A stretch of DNA of 41,785 nt from the IMG/VR virus record IMGVR_UViG_3300045988_153314. One strand, written 5' to 3'. Below are positions 9,397 through 19,217 of the stretch, piece after piece. Made by a program: the position numbers and the translations under genes. Position 1 is the first letter of the stretch. Each line of letters starts with the position of its first letter. Source of the stretch: a virus. Under the pieces are notes generated by a model. It made no database searches, was not told where the DNA came from, and saw nothing but the letters and a program-made list of their open reading frames with translations.

Positions 9397-10593
9397 ATGG
9401 CATATTTGAAAATTTACAGCCCTATCGTGAATGAGGAGAATAAGGCGATGACCCTTTTTTTCTCGGGTGTTGAGGGCGTATCTTTCCAAGACATCGACGA
9501 GTTCATATCGTCCATTTCGTCGAACGATAACCTAATCGACATGAGGCTGCATTGCGCAGGCGGCGATGTGATCGAAGGCTGGGCAATGGTCGATAAACTA
9601 CGAGCAACCGGTAAGGAGATTCGTGCGACGATTGAAGGCCAATGCGCCTCGATGGCTACGGTGCTTCTCTGCGCCGCACCCAAAGAAAATAGGCGGGCTT
9701 ATCCGCACGCCCAGATTCTGATACATGATCCTTATATCCCCGAGTACACGCTGGCCGATGCCTATCGTGCGGAGGACCTCGAAAAGATTGCCGCCGATCT
9801 CCGTGCAAACACGGAGAAGATACTCGATTTCTATGTCGAGCGAACCGGAGCAAACCGCGAGGAGTTGGCTGCGCTGATGAAAGACGATAAATGGATCGAT
9901 ACCGCCGAAGCGCAGCGGCTCGGTTTCATTTCCGAAATAATCCCGCCGGCCTCGGCTTATGCCGGGAAAGGTGCGGACGCATGGCCAAATAACAACCAAA
10001 ATAAAACGAGTATGAAAAACGAAAAAACGATGCAGGCCGCCATGAAAAGGTTGGCGGCTCTCATGGGGTTCAACGTAACTCCCGCCCAAATCGTCGCATA
10101 CGAACTCGATACCGAGAGCGGCGAGACGATCACAATCGATAAGCCGGAGGGCGAGGCTCCTGCCGTCGGCGACAACGCGTCGCCGGACGGAGAGCACAAG
10201 ATGCCCGACGGAACGACGATCATCATCGAGGACGGAATAATTACCGAAATTCGGGCGGCCGAAGGACAAGGCGGCGAGGGACCGGAGCCGGTGGCCGAAG
10301 GCGAGGACGAAAAGGATGCCCGGATCGCCGAGTTGGAGGCAGAGAACGCCGAACTCAAAGAACGGATTGCCGAACTCGAACAGGAACTGGAGGGAGCCAA
10401 AAGCGTTGCCAAGACGAGCGACGAAAAACGTATCCTTAACCTCGTCAAGGTAGCCGGAGGAATCGACTGGCTGAAAAAGGTACAATCGGAGTACAAACCG
10501 GCAGGGAGAGGTTTCCCGCAGAGCGGAAAGACGGAGACGGAGGGTGAATCCAAAGTGGCCCGCCGGCTCGCTGAATTGAGAGCCAAAAAATAA
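9397..10593 (+). CDS. ClpP-like prohead serine protease fused to a coiled-coil scaffold-like C-terminus
   Basis: ClpP catalytic contexts GQCASMATVLL (Ser) and ILIHDPY (His). The C-terminal half is acidic coiled coil (ARIAELEAENAELKERIAELEQELE). The start is ambiguous (ATG at 9346, 9379 or 9397). Confidence 0.75.
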   Translation: MAYLKIYSPIVNEENKAMTLFFSGVEGVSFQDIDEFISSISSNDNLIDMRLHCAGGDVIEGWAMVDKLRATGKEIRATIEGQCASMATVLLCAAPKENRRAYPHAQILIHDPYIPEYTLADAYRAEDLEKIAADLRANTEKILDFYVERTGANREELAALMKDDKWIDTAEAQRLGFISEIIPPASAYAGKGADAWPNNNQNKTSMKNEKTMQAAMKRLAALMGFNVTPAQIVAYELDTESGETITIDKPEGEAPAVGDNASPDGEHKMPDGTTIIIEDGIITEIRAAEGQGGEGPEPVAEGEDEKDARIAELEAENAELKERIAELEQELEGAKSVAKTSDEKRILNLVKVAGGIDWLKKVQSEYKPAGRGFPQSGKTETEGESKVARRLAELRAKK

Positions 10594-10627
10594 ACCAGAA
10601 AAAACACATTAAAAAACAGAGAAAGTT

Positions 10628-11710
10628 ATGGCAAGCACAGGACTTGATTTCGCAAAACTGACCCCCGATAACGGTGCGGTGCGGGACCTTCGGGAGTTGA
10701 TCTTCCTCTCCGTCATGGACGTGGACCAGCTCGGGGCATTGTTCAATTTCCTTCCGAACCAAGAGCACGGCAAGAAGGTCGGCATGATCGGCGAGTTCGG
10801 AATGCTCGGCAAAGCGAGTACGGGATGTCTCCCGTCGTTCAACCAGAGCGTTCTCGCAGCGTCGGAAAAAACGTGGGACATTGCCGAGTGGCAGATATCG
10901 GAGCAGATTTGTTACACGGACTTGCGGGGCACGCTGGCGAAGGTTGCTATGCGTACCAAGACGCAGGTGGCAGATCTGACCGGCACGCAGTATATCGACG
11001 AAATTCTGGAGCCGCGCCTGTCGCTGGCGATCCGCAAAATGCTGATGCGTTTCGCTTGGTTTGGCGACAAGGCTGCCGATACCGTGACCAACGGCGGGGT
11101 GTTGCTCGATACTGTCGATAAGGGGTATTTCACGCTGATCGACGGCTTCTGGAAGCGCCTGTTTACGCTCACGACGGAGACCCCTGCGCGTAAGACGACA
11201 ATCGATGCCAACTCGGAAACATCGTTTGATGCTCAGGTATCAGCGCTGTACACTGCCGGCGTGCCTACGGGCATTATCGACAGCCTGATTCGGGAAGCGC
11301 CGATGGTGCTGCGGCAGACACCCGGTCAGGTGATCTACATCACGCAGTCGCTCCGCGATGCGCTCGACTGGGACATCATCAACAACAATAAGGGTAGCGA
11401 ACTGCAATGGACGGCCATTTTCGACGGCATCGCCAAAACGACCTACAAAGGTGTCGAACTGCTCGCTATTCCGTTCTGGGACGAGATCATTCGCTCGACG
11501 GAGACCGTCACGGGCGGGAAAGCGTGGAACAAGCCGCACCGCGCGCTGTACACGGTGAAGGAGAACCTGCTGGTCGGTTCGGAGAGTGAAAACGAGATCG
11601 CCGAGCTCGATATCTGGTTCGAGAAAAAGGATCAGGTGAACTACATCCTCGCCAAAGATACTATCGGCACGCTGATCGGTCAGGACGATCTGCTTCAGGT
11701 GGCTTTCTAA
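10628..11710 (+). CDS. Major capsid protein (HK97-fold candidate)
   Basis: 360-aa ORF directly after the protease/scaffold gene. Its size and composition are typical of a major capsid protein. Confidence 0.7.
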   Translation: MASTGLDFAKLTPDNGAVRDLRELIFLSVMDVDQLGALFNFLPNQEHGKKVGMIGEFGMLGKASTGCLPSFNQSVLAASEKTWDIAEWQISEQICYTDLRGTLAKVAMRTKTQVADLTGTQYIDEILEPRLSLAIRKMLMRFAWFGDKAADTVTNGGVLLDTVDKGYFTLIDGFWKRLFTLTTETPARKTTIDANSETSFDAQVSALYTAGVPTGIIDSLIREAPMVLRQTPGQVIYITQSLRDALDWDIINNNKGSELQWTAIFDGIAKTTYKGVELLAIPFWDEIIRSTETVTGGKAWNKPHRALYTVKENLLVGSESENEIAELDIWFEKKDQVNYILAKDTIGTLIGQDDLLQVAF

Positions 11711-11728
11711 TTCTCAAAACGGACGAAT

Positions 11729-12337
11729 ATGGGAAAATGTGAATATTTGATCGCGCAGGCGATCACCGAAAACTGCGACGATCCGCTGGTAAAGGGGCTG
11801 GAGAAGCGCGGTATCATCATCAACCGCGACGATGTGGACTTTGGATCAGTCGAGTTCGCTGCGGACAAGTCCAACGTCGTATCGGCTTTGCCGCTTCTGA
11901 GCGGCAAGAAGGCGTTTGAAATCTACCAGCCGGGCAACACGCCGTTCACCGGCTCCAATTCGGCGCTGGCGACCGGTACGAGCCGGAATACGTTCACGCA
12001 TCAGATCGTGATGTATATCCCGGACTCCGGGCCGGACGTGGCCGAAAGCATCATCGATCCGCTCGCTAATGGCTCGTTCCTCGTCATTTTGGAGAACAAG
12101 TTCAAGAAGATGCAGGGAACGCCTGCCGGTGCTGCCGCATTCGAGATTTACGGCTTCTATCAGGGGCTCGTAGCCAATGCTGCCACGCTCGACAAGTACA
12201 GCGACGATACGAACGGCGGATGGTCATTCACACTTCAGGAGGCAGGGTCGCCTAAATCGGCCCTCTACCTGTTCGCTGAGACATATGCGGCGACCAAAAC
12301 GCTGATCGAAACGCTGCTCAAGGGAGCGACTGAGTAG
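11729..12337 (+). CDS. Hypothetical virion protein (202 aa; possible major tail or head-associated protein)
   Basis: Follows the capsid gene. Beta-rich. No diagnostic motif. Confidence 0.5.
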   Translation: MGKCEYLIAQAITENCDDPLVKGLEKRGIIINRDDVDFGSVEFAADKSNVVSALPLLSGKKAFEIYQPGNTPFTGSNSALATGTSRNTFTHQIVMYIPDSGPDVAESIIDPLANGSFLVILENKFKKMQGTPAGAAAFEIYGFYQGLVANAATLDKYSDDTNGGWSFTLQEAGSPKSALYLFAETYAATKTLIETLLKGATE

Positions 12338-12343
12338 GTTGTT

Positions 12344-12898
12344 ATGTCTTTCGCGGAGGCATACGAGCTTGTGTCGGAATGGGGGAAACACTTACCGGGT
12401 GTTTTCCCCATATCCGAACAACGCAAAATCGAATCGCTTTATCTGGAAGTGTTCCGTCGGCCGCTCAGGTCCTGTCGTTGCAAGGATAGGTATTCCGATG
12501 CGGTGATCGAGATGCGAATTTACCTGAAAAAGAATATGAAAATGAGAAAAATATGCAACTACCGTCTCAAAGCCGGCGTGGTAATCCAGCCGGGTGGTAC
12601 GTCCGATGTCTACACGAACGACAACTTGACCGATGCGGTCGCTACTGCGTTTCTCAAGGAGCGGCCGGGAGCTGTCGGGCTGTTTGAGGTGATCCCTGAG
12701 AAAAAGTCCGATCCGGAGATCGAGATTAATCCGGATTTGCGGTCTGAAATCGCCGCCGACCTTCAGGCCGGGAAATCGAAGACCGCGATCAAAAAAGATT
12801 ACAAAGGGCGGCAGATAGCAGGTAAGACGATAACTCTCGCGGTTATCAATGCGCATATCAAGGCTGCGGAGGCCGAGCACGAGTCGAACGATTTATGA
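12344..12898 (+). CDS. Hypothetical protein (184 aa)
   Basis: ORF in the structural block. No motif recognised. Confidence 0.55.
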   Translation: MSFAEAYELVSEWGKHLPGVFPISEQRKIESLYLEVFRRPLRSCRCKDRYSDAVIEMRIYLKKNMKMRKICNYRLKAGVVIQPGGTSDVYTNDNLTDAVATAFLKERPGAVGLFEVIPEKKSDPEIEINPDLRSEIAADLQAGKSKTAIKKDYKGRQIAGKTITLAVINAHIKAAEAEHESNDL

Positions 12899-12906
12899 AC
12901 GGGGGA

Positions 12907-14063
12907 TGAATATCAAGGAGACGAAAAAGCCGAGTAGGCGGATCGATGTCAAGTACCTGTCATCATTAGGCATTCAGGCATACGACGCTGATAACCTATA
13001 TCCGCAAAACGTGGCGGCCATTGTGGCTGCTTCGTCAACCGGTACGACCTGCTGCAATCGATATGCTGACTTCATCGAAGGGAATGGCTTCGCATCGCAA
13101 ACGCTGGCCGATTTCGTGGTGAACCGTAGCGGCGACCGTTTCGACGATATTCATCATTTGTGCGCGGCCGATTTGGCAAAGTTCAACGGTTTCGCCCTGC
13201 ATGTCAACTATAACGTGCTGGGCGAAATCGTCGAATTGTCGCATGTACCGTTTGAGAATTGCCGGCTCGAAGAATCGGACGAAGAAGGCCGGGTGAGCCA
13301 TATTGCCGTACATCCCGACTGGTCGGGCAAGATGACGCGCAACGGAAAACCGGTCAAGGTGAATCGCGACACGGTGGATCTGCTACCCGTGTTCAATCCT
13401 AATCCGCGTGTTGTACAGGCACAAATCGTTCGGGCCGGAGGTATCGAATTTTTCAAGGGGCAGATTTTGTGGGTATCGTCGAGCGGGGCAGGAAACTACC
13501 CTACTGCGAAATTCGATGCGGTTCTTACTGAAATGAGCACGGACGAGGGACTGTCGAATGTCAAACACCGCAATGTTCGCAATAACTTTCTTACGGCCGG
13601 GATGCTCGTTCATAAAAACGGACAGATGCCGCCGGACGACGGGAAAGACGATAGCGGATATTCCGATGAACTCGCCAAATTGCAAGGTGATAGCAATTCG
13701 CTGAAAATCCTTGAGGTCGAATTGGATGCGGACGAGGAAATTCCGCAGTTCGTATCTTTCAAAGGCGAGAATTACGACAAGGAGTTTACTGTCACGGACT
13801 CGTCCGTAATCGAGCGTATCTATTCGGCTTTCGGTCAAGAGGCGTTTTATTGCATCCGCTCGGGGAAAATCGGTTTCTCCGGTACTCTAATCTATGATGC
13901 GAAGCTGGAGTATGCACAGCGCGTACACAAGGAGCAGCGGATGTTGACCCGCGCCTATAAAACGATCCTCGGTCATTGGGACATGGCAACCGCTCCGATC
14001 CTAAATGATCAGGATATTGAAATCGAACCGATTGTGAAAGCTGTAAATGCCCCTCAAGCATGA
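12907..14063 (+). CDS. Portal protein
   Basis: About 385 aa. The N-terminal ..YDADNLYPQNVAAIV..FIEGNGF.. and overall pattern resemble portal proteins of Bacteroidota phages. Start placed at MNIKETKK; the ORF track starts at 12849 and overlaps the upstream gene. Confidence 0.65.
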
Positions 14064-14569
14064 AGAACCTTTTGATAACTCCTGACGAAATAAACGAGCT
14101 CGCCCGTCCCTGTTCTGCTGACGAGGATATTGCCCGGCGCTTCATTGAAGAGGCCGAACATAACGACGTTCGGCCGGCGCTCGGCGATGCTTTGTATATC
14201 GCCATTGCGACTTCGCCCGATAAATATGACGAGCTATTGAATGGCGGGCTGTACTCAGACTCTTGCGGAGAACAACGGTATTTTCCGGGTCTGAAAAAAG
14301 CGCTGGCCTATTACGCATACGCTCGGATCGTAAAAAGCGGGACGAATATATCGACCCGGTACGGGTTTGTCAGTAAATCAGACGATTATTCGCATAGTGT
14401 AGAATTCAAGGAGCGTAATCAGGCTTACAATGATGCGTTTTCGATTGCAGATCATTACATGAAAGATTGTCTCGGATATATCCAATGCCGTCCCGAGGCA
14501 TTCCCTGAATATACGCAGGACGGCAAAATGACAGCCAATAGAGTCCGGTACAAAGTAATAGGCGACTGA
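14060..14569 (+). CDS. Hypothetical protein (possible head-tail adaptor)
   Basis: ATGA overlap with the portal stop. The functional guess rests on position only. Confidence 0.4.
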   Translation: MKNLLITPDEINELARPCSADEDIARRFIEEAEHNDVRPALGDALYIAIATSPDKYDELLNGGLYSDSCGEQRYFPGLKKALAYYAYARIVKSGTNISTRYGFVSKSDDYSHSVEFKERNQAYNDAFSIADHYMKDCLGYIQCRPEAFPEYTQDGKMTANRVRYKVIGD

Positions 14570-14570
14570 T

Positions 14571-17500
14571 ATGATCGAAATAAAACAGGGTACTTCTTTA
14601 GGAGTCCGAATCGTTCTCAAAAGGCCCTCCGGGACCGATGCCGATCTTCGGCGTGCACGCGAATTATCCGTATGGCTCCAGCTTCCTTCTGGTGAAACCA
14701 TGCAGGCTCTCGACAGTTCGATCGATCGGGAGACGAATACGGTGTATGCTCGTCTTCTTCCCGACCGCGAACTGAAAGTAACGGGCGAATACGGGCTTTT
14801 CGTCAATGTGAAGATGGTGAGCAACCGGATGTTGGCTACGCACGTTCTAAAGATCGTGAAAGTGGTTGAGGGAAGCGAAATTAAGTATACGGAGCTGCCT
14901 TTGTCGCTCGATGCGAACCTGATCGATGTCCCTTACAACGTCATTACAACCGGAGCGTCTCCAAAGATCGGCCCGAATAATACGTGGCTCGTTTATAATG
15001 ACGAAATCAAGGCTTACGAGGATACAGGTATCAGCGTGGAGTCTGCCAAAGAAGCCAGCGAAGCCGCAGCGGCAGCGAATGAAGCGGCAGTTAGAGCCGA
15101 TCAGGCTGCAAATTCGGCAAATACTGCGGCTGAATTTGCCAAACAGCAGGGCGATTATGCGAAGGCACAAGGAGACCGCGTACTTTCTGAGAAAGGACAA
15201 CCCGGCGGTGTGGCCGAATTGGACGATACGGGTCATGTACCAGTTTCACAACTTCCGTCCTATGTCGATGACGTGCAGGAATACCCCTCCCGTTCCGGTT
15301 TTCCCGCAACTGGGGAAGCAGGGAAAATCTATGTAGCCACAGATACCAATCTTACTTATCGCTGGACCGGCTCCGGATATGTAGAGATCAGTCCCTCCCT
15401 TGCGTTGGGCGAAACCTCGGCCACGGCTTACCGGGGCGACCGGGGAAAAGCGGCTTACGATCATTCGCAGATCAAAAGCGGAAATCCGCACGGTACGACC
15501 TTCGCCAGCCTGCCGGATAAGCCTTCATCCCTGCCTCCGTCCGGTTCTGCCGGTGGTGATTTGGCCGGGACCTATCCTAATCCGACTATCGGCGCAGGAA
15601 AAGTGACCACCGCAAAAATCGCCGACGGTGCCGTGACCGCCGCAAAACTGGCTGAATCTTATTTCACTAACAGAGGTGAAGCTACAGATTTAAACAATGC
15701 TTTGTCTGACGGTGTTTACACTTTTGATATAGACGCATTGAATTCTCCTTTTGATAGAGGTAGTGTGTTTGTAACACATGCTCCAAATAATACTGTAAAT
15801 GCAGTGCAATTTGCAGTAGGTTATGAATCAGGAAATGTAAATATGATTTTATCATGTAGGTATAAACTAAGTTATACGGCATGGTCTAACTGGGTTAAAG
15901 TATGGAATTCTGCAACCTTTAATCCGGACGACAAGTTCGGATTGAATGCTACCCAGCTCTCGGATCTGAACAACGCCCCGAACAATGCCTTTTTCGTCGG
16001 CGCACACAACGCGGCGAACGCTCCGGTTGCCGATAGCTGGTCGAACGGGTTTACGATTGCCTACGGGAATAATCCGGATTTCCGAAAGCAGTTTTGCTAT
16101 GCAGGCGACAAGTGGTGGACCCGGGGGCGGAACGGTACAACGTGGTCTGCTTGGGTGCAAATTTTAGATTCCTCGAATTTCAACCCGGGTAATTATCTGC
16201 CGTTGTCAGGTAATAAAATGATTACGGGAGATTTCCAATTGAAAGACGGAGTTGCCGTACGGGATGCTGCCGGTAGGAGCGTTGTCGGGCTGCTTGATAT
16301 TATAGGCGACGGAATACGCGTAGCCCTCGGAAATACCACCCTAAAAACCGGTATCATAACCCCTAAGGGTATTCCTATATATAGACATGATGCCAATGGT
16401 ACATATACCGTTTGGGACTCTGGCAACTTCAATCCAAATGACTATCTGCCGTTGTCGGGCAATAAAAATATGGAAGGTGATATCACTTTTGGATCGAATG
16501 GCAGGTCTCTAAGGGGTTCCGATGGAGGTAATATTGCTGGTGTGTTATATGATACACCTAATGCAAGATATGTTACAGCTATCGGAACAGGAAGTAGGCG
16601 TTTGATTTTGGTCTCTCCGGATTCAATATACAGGGGGGCAGAAGGAGTGGCTGAAAACTACATGATTTACGATTCCAGCAATTTTAATCCTGATTCTAAA
16701 TTTGGTTTCAGTGCCGCTCAGTTATCGGATTTGAATAATGCCCCGAACAATGCCTTTTTCGTCGGAGCACACAATGCGGCGAACGCTCCGGTTGCAGATA
16801 GTTGGTGCAATGGATTTACCATCGCTTATGGCAATAACCCCGATTTCCGCAAACAGTTCTGCTATGCAGGCGACAAGTGGTGGACAAGAGGTCGAAACGG
16901 TACAACGTGGTCCAGTTGGAGCCAGATTTGGGATTCGGGAAACTTCACCCCGTCGTCTTTTGCTCAAACCAAAAAGGAGACCTTTCCCAGTGGCGGAATA
17001 GACAACATTACGGATTCAGATTTTACTGGGAATATACAGGCGCATTTTCCGGGTGAAGAATATTCAAGCATCTGGCAGGGGAAGGATTTTATGGGTACGA
17101 TTCTGCAACTCAAGTTGCGGGACTATGCCAACGTGCAATCCTTGATGTATCGTGGAAGCAAAACAAAAACATGGCTGAGGGTTTGGGACTCGGGTAACTT
17201 CAATCCAGCCGATTATTTGTCGAAAGAGAATACAACGGTCTACGTGCCGACCGGGGAATACAACCCAGCGACAAAAGGGTATGTCGATTCGGCTGTGAGC
17301 GGCGCTACCGGCGGAGCAATCACAGAAGTGGACGATTTGAATAACGCTCCGAACAATCGATATTTCTACAACGAGGGCGGAGCGGCCAATTCCCCGTTTC
17401 CCGATCAGGCGGTTTTCGGATTTACGCTCGTTGATGTCAACCGTTTGCCAACGATGGCCGTACAGTATTGTATGGCTGCCGGCCCAAATATTGGCATGCC

Positions 17501-17963
17501 TAAAGGCGCAGGCCCCGTGTTTGTCCGATCGACAATTAACCGAGACCAATCCGGGTGGAGCTCATGGACTTGTATCGGACAGGCCGATCCCGTAACGGAT
17601 GAAGCAGGACTATATCCGTACTATCCCGAGAAATTCAATGGCCAGACAGTTAATAGACTGTTCGTGTCTGTCTCAAAGGTTATACAAGGACCAACGGATC
17701 ATATCCTTGCCACGTATCAATCTTACGGCATACCGACCTCGCAATATGTGATCGGAATCAAAGGCTTTGCCGTTTTTAAGAACGCGAGCGGATCGGTCGT
17801 TTGTTCGATTCCTTTGTCAGGAGGTGAAGTATCGACGGGAGGCAATACTTATTCGGTCAAAGTTGGCAGTCTGCCCGGCGAAGTCGATTTGCATTTCAAC
17901 GCACCGGCACTGTCCCCGACTACGGTCGAATGCAGAGCACTGATTGAGTTTGGATCAATTTAA
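14571..17963 (+). CDS. Tail fibre / receptor-binding protein with repeated knob-like modules
   Basis: 1130 aa. Carries the ..GGVAELDDTGHVPVSQLPSYV.. fibre motif. The module delimiter (S/G)NFNP occurs six times. It also contains an internal near-identical duplication. Confidence 0.8.
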   Translation: MIEIKQGTSLGVRIVLKRPSGTDADLRRARELSVWLQLPSGETMQALDSSIDRETNTVYARLLPDRELKVTGEYGLFVNVKMVSNRMLATHVLKIVKVVEGSEIKYTELPLSLDANLIDVPYNVITTGASPKIGPNNTWLVYNDEIKAYEDTGISVESAKEASEAAAAANEAAVRADQAANSANTAAEFAKQQGDYAKAQGDRVLSEKGQPGGVAELDDTGHVPVSQLPSYVDDVQEYPSRSGFPATGEAGKIYVATDTNLTYRWTGSGYVEISPSLALGETSATAYRGDRGKAAYDHSQIKSGNPHGTTFASLPDKPSSLPPSGSAGGDLAGTYPNPTIGAGKVTTAKIADGAVTAAKLAESYFTNRGEATDLNNALSDGVYTFDIDALNSPFDRGSVFVTHAPNNTVNAVQFAVGYESGNVNMILSCRYKLSYTAWSNWVKVWNSATFNPDDKFGLNATQLSDLNNAPNNAFFVGAHNAANAPVADSWSNGFTIAYGNNPDFRKQFCYAGDKWWTRGRNGTTWSAWVQILDSSNFNPGNYLPLSGNKMITGDFQLKDGVAVRDAAGRSVVGLLDIIGDGIRVALGNTTLKTGIITPKGIPIYRHDANGTYTVWDSGNFNPNDYLPLSGNKNMEGDITFGSNGRSLRGSDGGNIAGVLYDTPNARYVTAIGTGSRRLILVSPDSIYRGAEGVAENYMIYDSSNFNPDSKFGFSAAQLSDLNNAPNNAFFVGAHNAANAPVADSWCNGFTIAYGNNPDFRKQFCYAGDKWWTRGRNGTTWSSWSQIWDSGNFTPSSFAQTKKETFPSGGIDNITDSDFTGNIQAHFPGEEYSSIWQGKDFMGTILQLKLRDYANVQSLMYRGSKTKTWLRVWDSGNFNPADYLSKENTTVYVPTGEYNPATKGYVDSAVSGATGGAITEVDDLNNAPNNRYFYNEGGAANSPFPDQAVFGFTLVDVNRLPTMAVQYCMAAGPNIGMPKGAGPVFVRSTINRDQSGWSSWTCIGQADPVTDEAGLYPYYPEKFNGQTVNRLFVSVSKVIQGPTDHILATYQSYGIPTSQYVIGIKGFAVFKNASGSVVCSIPLSGGEVSTGGNTYSVKVGSLPGEVDLHFNAPALSPTTVECRALIEFGSI
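15975..16147 (+). repeat. Intragenic duplication, copy 1 (tail fibre)
   Basis: About 85-90 % identical to 16740-16912, offset 765 nt (in frame). Most differences are at third codon positions. Confidence 0.85.
16740..16912 (+). repeat. Intragenic duplication, copy 2 (tail fibre)
   Basis: See copy 1. Encodes ..APNNAFFVGAHNAANAPVADSW.NGFTIAYGNNPDFRKQFCYAGDKWWTRGRNGTTWS... Confidence 0.85.
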
Positions 17964-17973
17964 TAATAGACTT

Positions 17974-18441
17974 ATGAGCGCTTTGATTATCATCTCCGCA
18001 GCCATCTTTCTCGTGTACATGGTTGCTATCATCGTGAGGTACGGATTTCCTGCCTCCGTGTCCGATTCGTTTTATCTGCTCCCTCTCAAATGGAACGCGG
18101 CCTTTACGCTGTTCTGCGTATCGGTTGCTATGACATTGCTCCCGGCATGGCTCGAAAAGTCGCCCGGGCCGCTGCCGTTTCTCTCCTGTGCGGGACTGGC
18201 GTTCGTCGGTGTGGCCGCGAAGTTCCGGGATGATTTTGTAGAAAAAGCTCACGTATGGGCCGCTTTACTTTGCGGGGGAGCCGCACAGGCGTGGATCGTC
18301 TTCTGCACGCCTTTTTGGTACGTTTCGCTCGTGTTTTTCCTCGCGTGCGGCTGGTTGGCTTGGCGGAAGCGTAAACAACGTATTTTCTGGCTTGAAACGG
18401 CCGCTTTTCTGTCGACGTTTCTGACTGTTTACCTTTTCTGA
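17974..18441 (+). CDS. Multi-pass membrane protein (holin candidate)
   Basis: About 155 aa with four or five hydrophobic helices. First gene of the lysis cassette. Start placed at the ATG after the tail-fibre stop. Confidence 0.5.
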   Translation: MSALIIISAAIFLVYMVAIIVRYGFPASVSDSFYLLPLKWNAAFTLFCVSVAMTLLPAWLEKSPGPLPFLSCAGLAFVGVAAKFRDDFVEKAHVWAALLCGGAAQAWIVFCTPFWYVSLVFFLACGWLAWRKRKQRIFWLETAAFLSTFLTVYLF

Positions 18442-18442
18442 A

Positions 18443-18802
18443 ATGGAACATTTAAGCGAAATACTGACCATTGTCAACACCGCCTTGTTGCCGATCCTCG
18501 GATTTTTCCTGTTCTACAATTCCCGCCGCCGGGAGGCTCGGGCAAAGGCCGAGCGTGAGGAGATACACAACGTGTCCTCCATATCCGACGAATGGCAGGA
18601 ACTGTACAAGAAGGCTGAGGAAAAATTGGCGGCCAAAGATGCCAAAATCGACCAGCTTTACGCGGAGAAAGAGTCCGACCGTCAGCGAATCCGCGAGTTG
18701 TCTGAGCAAAACAACGCTTTGAAGATGGAGCATCAGGCGGCCAAGTTCAAAGAGTGTACGGTCAGAGGCTGCGAGAAACGACAGCCGCCCAGTGGTTACT
18801 AA
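18443..18802 (+). CDS. Single-pass membrane protein with coiled coil (holin/antiholin or spanin-like)
   Basis: N-terminal TM segment (LTIVNTALLPILGFFLFY) followed by a charged coiled coil. Adjacent to the endolysin gene. Confidence 0.45.
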   Translation: MEHLSEILTIVNTALLPILGFFLFYNSRRREARAKAEREEIHNVSSISDEWQELYKKAEEKLAAKDAKIDQLYAEKESDRQRIRELSEQNNALKMEHQAAKFKECTVRGCEKRQPPSGY

Positions 18803-18815
18803 AATCGATCACACG

Positions 18816-19217
18816 ATGAAATACTTTACCGTTTCCGAACTGACCGCCTCCGACGTTGCGAGGCAAAAAAACATCGATAATACCCCGCCTCCGGGCGTTC
18901 GGGTTAAGTTGTCTAACCTGATACACGGACTGCTCGATCCGATCCGAGAGAAATGGGGCGGCCCGATTACCGTCAACAGCGGTTACCGGTGTCCGCTGCT
19001 GAATAAGGTCGTCGGCGGAGTGCCCACAAGCCAACACATGCGCGGCGAGGCCGCCGACATTACAGTTGGCAGCCCGGAAAATAACCGTCGGCTGTTCGAT
19101 ATGATCGCTGACGGCGGTTTCGACTTCGATCAACTGATCGACGAAAGCGGCTATCGATGGGTGCATGTGTCGTACTCACCGGGCAATAACCGACGACAAG
19201 TCCTGCATCTGAAATGA
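18816..19217 (+). CDS. Peptidase M15 (D-Ala-D-Ala carboxypeptidase-type) endolysin
   Basis: SGYRCPLLNKVVGGVPTSQHMRGEAADI ... WVHVS, i.e. the H-x6-D and H zinc ligands of Peptidase_M15_3. Confidence 0.85.
   Translation: MKYFTVSELTASDVARQKNIDNTPPPGVRVKLSNLIHGLLDPIREKWGGPITVNSGYRCPLLNKVVGGVPTSQHMRGEAADITVGSPENNRRLFDMIADGGFDFDQLIDESGYRWVHVSYSPGNNRRQVLHLK

Noticed and set aside
9598-10607. 295-aa and 216-aa - strand ORFs
   Set aside because: Both are antisense to the ClpP-like protease/scaffold gene. Ser/Arg-rich translations without motifs.
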